Below are positions 24,601 through 37,945 of a stretch of 64,000 bases of DNA, piece by piece (the stretch's first letter is position 1; every line of letters starts with the position of its first letter). The notes below the pieces were generated by a model. The model was not told the DNA's origin and did not search any database. It saw nothing but the letters and a program-made list of their open reading frames with translations. The DNA is from Lingula anatina (taxonomy: Eukaryota; Animalia; Brachiopoda). The stretch lies in contig CM120645.1 in NCBI GenBank assembly GCA_051362555.1, forward strand, positions 15,438,001-15,502,000. The letters run 5' to 3'. Made by a program: the position numbers and the translations under genes.

Positions 24601-27600
24601 CTAAGAAAAAGAAACTTTGTATAAGCTGACTGATCTTTTGGAATGATTTTTTACCCCAAAAAATTGTGCACTCACTGAAACACGCTGATAACATACTTGG
24701 TTATGGCTTTTTGCCCTTTGAGACTTAAATTAATGAAAATTGGGAGCAATCTTGTAGCTCCACTAACCTCTGTTTTACTCAGTCCTCGGATAGAAAAGTC
24801 TGTGATCGTAAGTCAGGGTGGGGGTGTTGGGCGGGGGGAGTGTCAGTGATTGAAAGGGGTATAATTGTACCACCAGCGTTAGCGCTGGCGGTACACATGG
24901 TTTCGGTCTCGTCCGGATCGTTCCGCCGGCTCCGCCGGCTCCGCCGGCTCCGCCGGCTCCGCCGGCTCCGCCGGACGGCTACCGTTACCGCTTCTCCTCC
25001 TAGACGGTAAGGCCCCCCATACCCATCTCATGGATTTAGGTCACCTATAATCTCAACTCGTTCCACGTAAAATTTGGGCTTTGTCGGTATTGGGGTCTGG
25101 GTGTGGCACTCATTGCAATGCACCCTTGTCCAAAAATGGCAAAATTAAATGCTAATTATCTACCCTACGGAAGGAGTTACGGGAAAAATTTCTACAGACG
25201 GCTTTCCAAAAGTCATATGTGTAGATTTCAAATATACCCTCGGATTTGACCTTTGACCTTTACTTCAAGGTCAAATGGGCCAAAATTTTCAAAAAAATGA
25301 AATTTTTTACGAAAAAAAAATTTTTTGCCCTGTTATTCAGACACCACTCAGACTTAACCAATAATATTATTGGAAAGTGTTACCCTTCAGGTCATCTTTC
25401 ATCTCCGTGAATTTGGGGTCAATCGGTGCATTTTCACAGGAGTAGCGGCCATAAGATACCGAAACTGAAAACTGTCTCTAATTCGGGAACCGTTAATGCT
25501 AGAGACCCATTCTTTTTTGCATTTTGTAGAGCATGTAAAGCCCAACACTGGAGGTGGTCTCGGTTTTTTTGTATTCCATACGGTTTTCGAGTTACGCTGT
25601 ATCAAAAAGTACATATTGGTGGTGAAAGGAAAATGTACGGAAGCCCACTGGTGCCATATGTAGAAAAAAAAATTATCTCGAAATTTCGAGATACTATTTT
25701 GAAATTTGAACAAAAAAATTTACCACCAGCGTTAGCGCTGGCGGTACACATGGTTTCGGTCCCGTCCGGTCCGTTCCGCCGGCTCCGCCGCCATGTTACC
25801 GTTACCGCTTCTCCTCCTAGACGGTAAGGGCCCCCGTACCCATCTCATGGATTTAGGTCACCTATAATCTCAACTCGTTCCACGTAAAATTTGGGCTTTG
25901 TCGGTATTGGGGTCTGGGTGTGGCACTCATTGCAATGCACCCTTGTCTAAAAATGGCAAAATTAAATGCTAATTATCTACCCTACAGAAGGAGTTACGGG
26001 AAAAATTTCTATAGACGGCTTTCCAAAAGTCATATGTGTAGATTTCAAATATACCCTCGGATTTGACCTTTGACCTTTACTTCAAGGTCAAATGGGTCAA
26101 AATTTTCAAAAAAATGAAATTTTTTACGAAAAAAATTTTTTTGCCCTGTTATTCAGACGCCACACAGACTTAACCAATAATATTATTGGAAAGTGTTACC
26201 CTTCAGGTCATCTTTCATCTCCGTGAATTTGGGGTCAATCGGTGCATTTTCACAGGAGTAGCGGCCATAAGATACCGAAACTGAAAACTGTCTCTAATTC
26301 GGGAACCGTTAATGCTAGAGACCCATTCTTTTTTGCATTTTGTAGAGCATGTAAAGCCCAACACTGGAGGTGGTCTCGGTTTTTTTGTATTCCATACGGT
26401 TTTCGAGTTACGCTGTATCAGAAAGTACATATTGGTGGTGAAAGGAAAATGTACGGAAGCCGACTGGTGCCATATGTAGAAAAAAAAATTATCTCGAAAT
26501 TTCGAGATACTATTTTGAAATTTGAACAAAAAAAATTTTTATCTCGAAATTTCGAGATAGCATTTTGAAATTTGAACAAAAAAAAAATTATCTCGAAATT
26601 TCGAGATAGCATTTTGATATTTGAGCAAAAAAATTTATCTCGAAATTTCGAGATAGTATTTTGAAATTTGAACAAAAAAAATGCTATCTCGAAATTTCGA
26701 GATAATTTTTTTTTTCAACATATGGCACCAGTCGGCTTCCGTAAAAATGTGCAGTATGGTAATGGATAATAAATTTTGAACTCCGGAAAAATAAAACATA
26801 ATGCTTGGCAAAGCAGACAACTTGTGGTCAAAAATGACATTATTTTATCAAATTTAAACTTCTGCAACTTCAGAGAACCTCCCATTTCAAGAACTTTGAC
26901 CAAAATGACCTTTTCTTTATTTTAATTAATTTTTTCTGTAGGAAATTTATGGCACATTATGGTAACTCCAAAATTATAACATTTAGTCCCTTATATCTCC
27001 AAAACTGGCAGAGATAAGTCCATAGTTACTATTGAAGTTGAATAGGAAGTCATGTACTGGCAATCTTACTGTGACCTTGAAATTGACCTTTGACCTACTT
27101 TTCACCATGAACTGAACTTTGCAAATTTTGCTTCCCTTTTATCTCCAAAACTGGCAGAGATAGGTCCATAGTTACTATTGAAGTTGAATAGGAAGTCATA
27201 TACTGGCAATCTTACTGTGACCTTGAAATTGACCTTTGACCTACTTTTCGTCATGAACTGAACTTTGCAAATTTTGCTTCCCTTTTATCTCCAAAACTGG
27301 CAGAGATAGGTCCATAGTTACTATTGAAGTTGAATAGGAAGTCATATACTGGCAATCTTACTGTGACCTTGACATTGACCTTTGACCTACTTTTCACCAT
27401 GAACTGAACTTTGCAAATTTTGCTTCCCTTTTATCTCCAAAACTGGCAGAGATAGGTCCATAGTTACTATTGAAGTTGAATAGGAAGTCATATACTGGCA
27501 ATCTTACTGTGACCTTGAAATTGACCTTTGACCTACTTATCACCATGAACTGAACTTTGCAAATTTTGCTTCCCTTTTATCTCCAAAACTGGCAGAGATA

Positions 27601-29668
27601 GGTCCATAGTTACTATTGAACTTGAATAGGAAGTCATATACTGGCAATTTTACTGTGACCTTGAAATTGACCTTTGACCTACTTTTCACCTTGAACTGAA
27701 CTTTGCAAAATTTGCTTCCCTTTTATCTCCAAAACTGGCAGAGATAGGTCCATAGTTACTATTGAACTTGCATAGGAAGTCATATACTGGCAATTTTACT
27801 GTGACCTTGAAATTGACCTTTGACCTTCTTTTCACCATGAACTGAACTTTGCAAATTTTGCTTCCCTTTTATCTCCAAAACTGGCAGAGATAGGTCCATA
27901 GTTACTATTGAAGTTGAATAGGAAGTCATATACTGGCAATCTAAATGTGACCTTGAAATTGACCTTTGACCTACTTTTCACCATGAACTGAACTTTGCAA
28001 ATTTTGCTTCCCTTTTATCTCCAAAACTGGCAGAGATAGGTCCATAGTTACTATTGAAGTTGAATAGGAAGTCATATACTGGCAATCTTACTGTGACCTT
28101 GAAATTGACCTTTGACCTACTTATCACCATGAACTGAACTTTGCAAATTTTGCTTCCCTTTTATCTCCAAAACTGGCAGAGATAGGTCCATAGTTACTAT
28201 TGAACTTGAATAGGAAGTCATATACTGGCAATTTTACTGTGACCTTGAAATTGACCTTTGACCTACTTTTCACCTTGAACTGAACTTTGCAAAATTTGCT
28301 TCCCTTTTATCTCCAAAACTGGCAGAGATAGGTCCATAGTTACTATTGAACTTGCATAGGAAGTCATATACTGGCAATTTTACTGTGACCTTGAAATTGA
28401 CCTTTGACCTTCTTTTCACCATGAACTGAACTTTGCAAATTTTGCTTCCCTTTTATCTCCAAAACTGGCAGAGATAGGTCCATAGTTACTATTGAAGTTG
28501 AATAGGAAGTCATATACTGGCAATCTAAATGTGACCTTGAAATTGACCTTTGACCTACTTTTCACCATGAACTGAACTTTGCAAATTTTGCTTCCCTTTT
28601 ATCTCCAAAACTGGCAGAGATAGGTCCATAGTTACTATTGAAGTTGAATAGGAAGTCATATACTGGCAATCTTACTGTGACCTTGAAATTGACCTTTGAC
28701 CTACTTATCACCATGAACTGAACTTTGCAAATTTTGCTTCCCTTTTATCTCCAAAACTGGCAGAGATAGGTCCATAGTTACTATTGAAGTTGAATAGGAA
28801 GTCATATACTGGCAATCTAAATGTGACCTTGAAATTGACCTTTGACCTACTTTTCACCATGAACTGAACTTTGCAAATTTTGCTTCCCTTTTATCTCCAA
28901 AACTGGCAGAGATAGGTCCATAGTTACTATTGAAGTTGAATAGGAAGTCATATACTGGCAATCTTACTGTGACCTTGAAACTGACCTTTGACCTACTTTT
29001 CACCATGAACTGAACTTTGCAAATTTTGCTTCCCTTTTATCTCCAAAACTGGCAGAGATAGGTCCATAGTTACTATTGAAGTTGGATAGGAAGTCATATA
29101 CTGGCAATTTACTGTGACCTTGAAATTGACCTTTGACCTACCTTACAATGAACTTAACTTTGATTGCACCATTTTTAGTTATATATATTTTTTGCATATT
29201 TTGAAAATTCTTGTTGATTGCATTTTTACAGCTTGTCAAGCACAAGACTGGTGGCTGCACCCCTTATTTTGTGTATGTGGGGGTCTATACGAATGCGCTT
29301 GCTCCAGCTGGTGGTACAATATTCGGAGGCGGTATCGCCTCTCTGATCCTCTAGTTTAAATATATTTTTGAAGTCTCAAGGTAATATATATTCCCAAAGG
29401 GTGCGCAAAATTAATATGTTCATTTAAGTACTAACTACACATTTTCTAAAATATCTTTAATCTTTTTTTATCCAGGCACAGGTGGCTCCACTATGTGACA
29501 GATATTCCACCAAGTGAAGAGCCACCAGTACAACACCGCTGGATGGCAGATCACGAACAGAATCCAACAGGAACTGGCTCACGATATATACCCTATAGCA
29601 CCACCAGAGAAAAAATAGAACCTTGGGATCCTACCCAATCAAAGAAACAACTAGAAAGCAAACGATAG
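21631..29668 (+). CDS. NDUFA12: NADH dehydrogenase [ubiquinone] 1 alpha subcomplex subunit 12, 165 aa, 4 exons
   Basis: Exons 21631-21779, 22731-22813, 23679-23751 and 29476-29668, GT-AG and in frame (498 nt). Motifs VGEDKYGNKYW, RWVEY, DASQIPAEWHRWLH and YIPYSTTREKIEPW. AATAAA at 29873-29878. Confidence 0.96.
22053..22255. mobile_element. Young palindromic MITE with ~55-60-bp TIRs and TA TSD (Tc1/mariner-like)
   Basis: cgcacaatcaaaccgtaaatc...aagtcggtcctctct and a near-perfect reverse complement at the other end. TA on both flanks (22051-22052 and 22256-22257). Confidence 0.85.
23143..23554 (-). mobile_element. Short Helentron/Helitron-type non-autonomous element (HINE-like)
   Basis: One end aactagaaaagcact (CTAG terminus on minus); the other end has the hairpin acctccttgggggaggt and (AAAC)n. 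Two internal gatccagatcacc repeats. A related fragment lies at about 1187-1340. Confidence 0.6.
23797..23972. mobile_element. Diverged copy of the MITE family at 15015-15253
   Basis: Shares the aatatggccaacccacttg / agtgggtcgccatattt inverted motif. Confidence 0.6.
24866..26535. repeat. Tandem duplication (~816-bp period) of the 5' part of the HINE
   Basis: Near-identical blocks at about 24866-25720 and 25721-26535; the duplicated spurious ORFs are offset by 816 bp. Confidence 0.92.
26452..26743. mobile_element. IS3EU-like non-autonomous element nested in the HINE
   Basis: Perfect 25-bp TIR tacggaagccgactggtgccatatg / catatggcaccagtcggcttccgta. 6-bp TSD AAAATG at 26446-26451 and 26744-26749. 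Interior of ~48-50-bp repeats containing the palindrome tatctcgaaatttcgagata. Confidence 0.8.
26995..29140. repeat. 146-bp tandem satellite array, ~14.7 units
   Basis: The motif atctccaaaactggcagagata starts at 26995, 27141, 27287 ... 29039, an exact 146-bp period. Confidence 0.97.
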
Positions 29669-30867
29669 ACTCATTCGAAATAAGAAAAAATACAAAATTT
29701 AAGCTCTGACACTTGGAGTCTTGTATTTTGTTGAACTCTGCATTGTTTGTGATAATGTATTCTTTTAGTTGCACACTTGCTTATTTACAAAATGGAGCAA
29801 TGGAAGGTGTATTTCTCATGCTCCACGAGAAATGGGAAAAAAAATAATAAGATTGCATGTTTTCAGACATGAAATAAATTAATTTATAAAGATTGAAGAT
29901 TTACTTTGTTTTATCAATATACATGTAAACTCATTTGTTTGAATGAAGATTATCTTATTAAGTACAATGCTGGCAAATAAAAGAAGCTTGAATGTTAGAC
30001 CTCCCCCCTCCGTACTCTTTTCATCCCCCCCCCCCCCCTTACATGTTGCTAATTCCTGTATTAAAATGGTTTGTCCTACTTTCACCCACACACACTCTAG
30101 CTGGTTGATTAAATCCATGATGGGTAAATATTCTCACAGCACAGAGAAGTGCACATAATTAACCAGAGAAATTTCTGAGTATTTCCAGTTAAAAAGTAAA
30201 TCTATGGTCCCGATAGAGGTGTACCTGCCCCTCCATCTCCTCCCTTAGAAATAATTTTGTGACCATAAACAAACGGGAAACTAATTTTACTGTTTATTTA
30301 AAACTATACATTGATTATATGTAGAGAGCACTGTACTGTTATCGGATCAAAAATCGAAAACGAGACAGCCTTGCGGAAAGATTTTTTTTAAATAGGTCAA
30401 AACATCATGTGATCTGTCCAAAATGGCGCTGTCCGGCTTGTAGACCACACGTAATCCAATTTGAGGAAAACAATGCAGTCATTTGCATTAATGACGCTCT
30501 CATCTGTGCCATTGTTTCCTATATGTATAATGACTGTGATATAGTGGTTGCCGCCGTGGCTAAATGACATCTATACAAACGTGACAGTGTCTGTTTTTTT
30601 CTATTGTCATTGTACCAGACGTGTAAAGAGTGAAGGTCAGTGCTGCTGCACGAGTTTTTTACTCAACAACTGTTTACTCAACCGTTGAAGCGCTGCATAT
30701 AGCTATATGTTCTCTGTATTTAGCAAATGTCCAGCAGCAGTTGTGTGAAATAAGGCATTTACATCCACCATTCACATATATTACATCGTGTATAGGAAAT
30801 AAGGAAGTCGAGAGGCGTTATCGGTACGCCAAGAGTACTTTTTGACTGAAGTTGTCTATAACTTGAT

Positions 30868-33800
30868 ATGGAGAAGCTTTTCAAAGTGATAATTATTGGT
30901 GACCCGACGGTGGGAAAGACTTCTTTTGTCCAGAGATACGTGAACGACAGTTATAGGAGAGATTATAAAGGGACGATAGGAGGTAGGCACGGCAAAGCTT
31001 TAATTGGACTTATATTGAAGGCTAACAGTGGGCGTGAGAGCTTGATGTATCATTACCATTTTCTTGGAAATTCTTAACCTTTTTAATTCACTCTGGATTC
31101 TTTATACTTTTGTGATTATTAAGATCATTCGGATAGATTATATTTTTCATGATGTAAAATGTTAATGTGCCAAGTCAGCTCCCCATTTCACACCAAATAC
31201 TATTATATACATGTACATAGTTTAATATAATCTACAGATTGTATGGAAGGGAAAGTTTATATCTGATGAGCAATTAATCTTACACCATGCTTGTGAAATT
31301 AAGGTCTTCTGTACAGTATTAAAAGGACTAAGCTATGATATTTATTATTATTTATAATTCAGTGGACTTTGCTCTAAAGGTTGTGAAGTGGTCTGATAGA
31401 GAGACAGTCAAGTTACAACTATGGGACATTGCAGGTAAAGTACGATAACACCTCCATATTTTCAATGGGGAAAGTTGTAAAATTTTACAGTTATTAGAAT
31501 TTTTAAATCCTCGAAATTTGGCCATTTTTATAGATGGTAGCTGTAATACTGAAAAATAGGCCAGCCTAAACTTTTACTCTATACAGTAAAAACACGACAA
31601 GTGCTATACAGAACTTTTTTTCCTGATTCCAAAATTGTGTTATCAGAAAGATTGGTAATTGGATTTTTCAATCTATTAGAAATACTTTTCATGTGGCAAT
31701 TTAAATAAAAAACAACTGCCAATACCACATTTTCATTCATGGCAAGTCTTCTCTTTAATGAAAGAAAACAGTTTAAAATATGTCATCATCATAATTCTTC
31801 TATTTCTTAGCATAGTTAAGTATTCATTTTCATCACATTTTAAGTTGAGATAAAAATTTTAGTGTCTTAGTATGGAAAGCACGTCTCTTTAAATAGTAGG
31901 ACATGTGATATGCCAACAAGCAAAGACCTGAAAAGCAAGTCACATGCCAGTCATGAGTTGCTATTTTGAGACAACTACTGTACGTAGTATGTTTCCATTT
32001 ACCTACTTAAATTTTTTCTGCTTGAGCTAACCTTCTACAGTAGTAGAAATATAATTTGTTTACAAAACAACAATTACCAAAAAAAATAAATAAAATAAAA
32101 TAAAATAAATAAAAATACACATCATTTCGTGTAATTTTTTTCTTTTATTTCCATATTTTCTTTTTGTCATTACATTCTTTCTTGTGGTATTATGGCAGAG
32201 TGCCCAACTTTACTGTGGTTTTGATCTCCAGGCAGGTTATACTAGAGACCATAATGTAAATAGCTTATGTTGTCTCTTCAGTTGTTAGAATATATTGGGC
32301 TGATGTAGGAATGACAAAAAGAGCTGGTAACTATCGATGTCAATTCATATTTTTATTCATTAGTGTGGTGATGGGTGATTTCAGGGAGACAAAGTACTCT
32401 AACTTCAAAGGGTATCAATCAGTGAATTTTAATTTCATTAAAATACCACCACCTTTGACCATGTTTCAGGCCAGGAGAGATTCACATCCATGACAAGAGT
32501 CTACTACAAGGATGCCCATGCCTGTATCATTATGTTTGACCTGCTCCAGAAATCCACCTTTAATAATGCTATCAAGTGGAAGAAAGACCTTGACTCCAAG
32601 TGTACATTACCTGATGGGAGCAATGTCCCATGTTTGCTATTAGGGAACAAGGTAAGTTGGGTTGGTAGAGAATGGGGTAAGATGGCAAGTGACAATCTAG
32701 ACTTGAAGCCCAGCTTCTAAATAATAATGATTAAATTTACATGTATTTACATTCTAAAATCTATTAAAAGTGTTCAGTAGACTTTACAAGGGTAAATTAA
32801 CATTAAGGAGGGCTTAAACATTAAGATAATGAATATATATATGAACACATATTACTGTACAAGGTAAAGTTAAAAACAGTCATATCAGTTATAAAGCTTT
32901 TTGAAAGTAAAAGTCTTTAATTCTTGTTTTAGGGTGTGCTCACTTTAGAAAAGACATGTCTACCACACAAGTTTGTGTATGCATATGGCTTTGTTTTCAG
33001 TGTGATCTCCACCAACAACGCAAAGTAGACCAGGAGGAAATAGAAACTATGTGCAAAGAAAATGAATTTCTGGACTGGAAAGAGATCTCAGTGAAGGAGA
33101 ATATCATGATAGAAGAGTCCATGAGGTATGAGTTAAAAAAAAAACTTTAACACTCTGTTAAAAATTGAAAATTGTTATTAGATGAATGCATTTGGAGTAT
33201 TGATCAACTGGGTATTTGATTACTGATCAATATAAAAATTGTTGAATTTATTGATTCTTTTTTTTTAATCCATGGATTGCTTTAACTGAGGAGAGAGAAA
33301 AAAATTTCTTTTGTAAATAGTTTGGGCAGTTGCCTTGAAGATGTCTTATTTCTCAGAAAAAAAATGATTTATGGAATGAGACTGTAAATCTTTAATTTAT
33401 ACACTTTGTACCCAATTATTTGTAAATATTTTCTACATTGACATATTTATTTAGAATTACCCATTTGTTTTCATGGCTTGAAACTGCAAAATCAGATTAT
33501 TATTGTTATTATTTTTTGTTTGTTTGTTTTTTAGATTTTTATTTGAAATTAAAGAAAATTATGGGCAATATAAATGACTTTCCATGTTCCCCCAGGCATA
33601 TTTAATAATTAATGACATGCCGAATATTACGTATGGTTACCTAAAATAACATTTGGACTGATTTGAACATTTGGACTGAACCTAGGTAGAGCATGGATTC
33701 CCATAAACACATATAAGCCACTCCTACTAGTTCCTTGAATTATTCAACTAAAGTCGAAATGCCAAGAGATAATCCAAATAAATCACTCGGTCAGCTATCA

Positions 33801-34311
33801 AAAGAGCTTTAAACTATACCTTCTTCACATATTTAGTTGTAAATTTGACCTACTTGTCTGGCCTGCTCATCTGCCCTGTTTATATTCACTGTACACCATT
33901 AAAAGCAAGCAAAAATCTGTTCAAATATCATTTTTTAGGTAATACATGTATGACCCTTATGAAAAAGTCTTATAGGATCCTATAAGATCCTATAGGATCC
34001 TATAGGATTTTTCGTAAGAGCGAATCAATGACCCATTGGCATTTCAAGTAATACTAATTGAAACTGTATGGTGGCATTTGGTGGCCTTTAGTGGCAAAAA
34101 GTTGACTTCAAATTCATCTTTAAGTTTCTTTTCACCTTTAAAATAAACGGTTATTTTTTGTAGATGTTTACTGGAAGACATGTTGGTACGTCATGTAGAC
34201 TTTGACCATAGCATGATGCAGTCGCAAAATACTGGAGATGGCGCAGGGAGAGCATTCAGGATACGACCACAAGAACCAGTAGAAGAGAGTGGCAGCAAAT
34301 GCCCATGTTAG
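30868..34311 (+). CDS. RAB29: Ras-related protein Rab-29 / Rab-7L1 (Rab32/38/29 group), 213 aa, 5 exons
   Basis: Exons 30868-30982, 31363-31434, 32470-32651, 33001-33125 and 34164-34311 (642 nt, in frame). GDPTVGKTS, WDIAGQERFTSMTR (Rab29-type), NKCD and a C-terminal CPC prenylation motif. AATAAA at 35537-35542; YY1-like CAAAATGGCG at 30419-30428. Confidence 0.92.
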
Positions 34312-35876
34312 TTCCCATTGCCTTGAGTGAAATATAACCAACTTGAGTTTTCAGGTCAATTGGGGGCCCTATTTAAGTCAAGTAATGAGGAGGGCTGTGA
34401 ATGTTCAAGGCAAAATTCTTTCACGGCATTCATAAATTTACTTGGGCCAAAGAAAAGGAGACCAAAATTTATTTAAAACCTATTGTTATTGATTATATTT
34501 ACATTATTTATAATAAGCAAAAGGAAAAAAGGTTAATTAGAATTTTGACCGATTGATAAATGTTGCTACCTATGAGCCTAGATAAAGATTCTGTATTAAG
34601 GAGACTGATGAAATTTAACCTTAACTTTTAAAATCCTTTTTTTAGTATTATCCATGAAAAAAGGATGTATCACAGGAGAACAAAATAACATGCTGTTTTG
34701 TATAAAATAATTTAACTTAAAGCAAATTTTGTATTAATTAGTATAATTCATAATTTATTAGGTTTTGTATTACATTTTATATCAGAACTGTTGGATCAAA
34801 CATATGAAATAGGAAAGGGAATTTCCATTGCCACCTTCCCTCAATCTGTTTAGGAATGGACTGGGGAAATATGCAATCATGATTAGTAAAGGTGCTTGTA
34901 AAGAAAGAATAATTCATGCTGAGCCTTTATAACAAGAAACATCAGACATTGAATTGGGGCACAAAAATGTGATATATTTGAAATATGTGAAATATTTATA
35001 ATGAACAAATGCCACATTAAGATCTTCACAGATATCTAAGCAAGGTCCCATGCAAGAATTAAGTTATTATCAGCAACAGAGGATGGAGTGATTTTATCAG
35101 AGTAGAAGCTACTCATTGCAGGCAGCAGTGTCACTGTTAGACATCTACTTGTACTTGGGATGGATGTTTGGCAATATTTCCTGAGACATATCTATTTTGC
35201 AGTATTTACAATGTTACTACACCTTTTTGTCTTATTTAAGGAGAGGCTGGCATCTTAGCACATGTCCCAAATATTATTTTAAGTTTTCACATTGGTTGTG
35301 AGGTATACACGGTGAAACCACAACTGGAGATCCTGCCTCGGGCAGCTCATTTGGTGTATGCTGCTGATTGAGTAAAAAGAAAAAATATCTTTACTTTCCC
35401 TCTTTTTTTATGTTCCATAGAAATATACTGGTACCTTGAAATAAGGGCTTGCATAATTGAGCTTTAAATGTTTTATAAAATGTACTTAATTGATTTTTTT
35501 TGGTCTTGTACTTTGTTATGTGTTGTGCAAACTAGAAATAAATTGTTGATTTTCTCATATTTTGTGTTTTTTTTTTCATTTTATGATAGAGAATGAATAT
35601 TGAATGTAGCCTACTCATGTTGGTCTGTGTCACAGGCATGAGTTTTTCCACAGAATTTCGTGGTTATTCAAGGGACAACTACTCTTCCCATGAGATCCAC
35701 AATTCTTGATAAATACATTGTAAACAGCTCGTAGAAATATAATAAATTATATTTTACCAACAAAACAGTGGTTATCACAATTATTTTGGAATCTGTGCAT
35801 GCCATCGGACTATGTGGCTGCTATGGATGGCTGTACCTTCTGTAATAATCTCTAAACAGGCAATTATAAAAAACAC

Positions 35877-35881
<5 letters not shown>

Positions 35882-35922
<41 letters not shown>
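35882..35922. repeat. (CA)n microsatellite
   Basis: Visible run; similar runs at about 37919-37944 and 48513-48546. Confidence 0.95.
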
Positions 35923-35924
<2 letters not shown>

Positions 35925-36514
35925 GTTGGATTATAACCATTGGTAAGTATGGGGAGATTGGAACAGGAAAATCAATTTTTTTTTTTTTACAAAATGAACA
36001 GTTTTTATCCCTTAAAATTAGATCTGGCAATAACCGTTAGGTGTTTGTTCACAATAAAGGCACAGATGTTTTTTTTAACCCCAACTTTTATTTGATCATA
36101 TTCAGTCTATCTGGTTAATCGTTTTGATAATTACTTGTGGTTTGAAAAAATGACAGATTTAAACTGATCACTGATTGATAGCGCGGTCCTTTGAACAATC
36201 GTCGCCAGGACGTACCGCTAGCGCTACGTATAATGAGCAGACGTGAACTTGAGAAACAACATGGTTCTGGCTTGTAGCCAACAATTACAAAAGAGGGAGT
36301 TCTTTTACGGATAAAGTGGACCTTTTACCACAAAACCGTCGTGTGCCCAGATCAAATTTTACCCAGAGCGGACCTTCTCCCTGCAAAAATGGGCGTGTCG
36401 TCGAGCTCCTGGCTACGTGCCTGTGGTCAGTGTTAGCATATAAGAAATAAATGAATAAACATGGTAGTTCGTCTAATCTGTAACACACACAATCATCAAA
36501 ATGTTGGAAAGTGG

Positions 36515-36642
36515 CGCCCTGAACTTCAGAGATAACTTGAAACGAACCTTCACACTTTAGCACACCCTTGCCGTAACTTGAAACGACAAGGGTATACTAT
36601 AGAGTAGGGGTTTGTTTCAAGTTATCTCTGAAGCTCAGGGTG
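36515..36642. mobile_element. Minimal 128-bp relative of the 9075-13882 element
   Basis: Ends cgccctgaacttcagagataacttga / tcaagttatctctgaagctcagggtg match that element's TIRs. No clean TSD. Confidence 0.8.
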
Positions 36643-36826
36643 AAAGAAGGTTGACAAAAGACTTGAAACAGCATATCTTACAGCTTCTTTGACTGCATGT
36701 AGAAACATGACTGCCAGTAAAGAAAAAAACTTTTCAGTATAGCCTCCGAAACTGACGTGGATGCTGCCAACTTCCAGTAGCATGGTTTTTTAAAACTAAT
36801 TGATTCCATAACCCATTTGCAATTAT

Positions 36827-36871
<45 letters not shown>

Positions 36872-36879
36872 TATTATTA

Positions 36880-36911
<32 letters not shown>

Positions 36912-37629
36912 TCATATAAATATTAGGGTGAAAAAGACTGTAATTTCAGCTGATGTTTGAAGAAACTATTTTTATCACTTAATATTGTTTCCAGAAATTC
37001 TTAGTTCTCGCCTTATTATTGATAACCCTGTTGCAAATAATCTAAATTTGTTCTTATATTTTAAATAAACAAGCATTCTGCGCCTTGTTTGCTGTTTGGC
37101 TGCAATCTACGTCGCTGTCGACCCCGTCCCCATACCTAGATCGATCTAGCAGGATCGACCCATCTCCGGTTATGGGCCTGTTATCGAATTGCCGTTAGCA
37201 ATGCTTATTGTAATCAAGCGACATTGTTTACCGCATGGTGCCTATAAGAAAGAGGGAAGGTATTCTTCTTCTGAAAATTAAGAACGCCGGATTGTGATGG
37301 AATCTGCGCCATTTACACCAATTCAGATTGGATCTGTCAAAGTCAGTTGGTGCGACGTACGTGGCATCTCATAATGGGACAACTGCATGCGGAACTTACA
37401 CAATGGCAGCTGCATATTAATATTTATCCGAAGGCCTATTTAGCCATCCGACGATGCATATTCAAAAATGCGATAATGATTTTTGCTTAATCTGATAAGT
37501 CAGAGGTTGGCGAGTAAGCTACCGCGTGGCACGTTTGCAACAACCGAGTGACGTTTCACAAATAGATATTTTATCTCACGTTACATAGCGGACATTTAAT
37601 TGACTTGAAGAAAAAGAACAAAATACGTT

Positions 37630-37910
37630 ATGGTGAAGTTCCGCTGGACAAGACAAATCGAGAAAAATTTCACCAACTGCTTAACATGGATCGCAATGTG
37701 TGCGGGAATTTCTCTTCTTTTCGTCATGATAGGATCATGGTCCGGTCTGCTCTGCGCACAGGAGTATAAACCGTCCAAAAGGGTAAGCCATAGGTCTGTT
37801 TCCATAGACACGAAGATAATGTTTCTTTTTTATTAGGATAAGATATGATGGACCGATCAATTAAAAGTCTACAAAAGGGTATATACAAAATAATTAACAA
37901 ATATTTTGCG

Positions 37911-37945
<35 letters not shown>

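Larger units (their letters stand above)
24865..29355 (+). mobile_element. Large Helentron-associated (HINE/DINE-1-like) element with central tandem array, in NDUFA12 intron 3
   Basis: 5' subTIR ttgtaccaccagc with adjacent hairpin and (ccggctccg)n minisatellite. 3' subTIR gctggtggtacaa at 29307-29319, hairpin ggaggcggtatcgcctct, and a CTAGT end. Confidence 0.8.

Noticed and set aside
25399-26903. Duplicated 104-133 aa ORFs on both strands
   Set aside because: They lie within the duplicated HINE/MITE sequence and show no protein motifs or splice structure.
26995-29140. CRISPR-like regular repeats
   Set aside because: The whole 146-bp unit repeats with no unique spacers, and the context is eukaryotic with no cas genes; it is a satellite.
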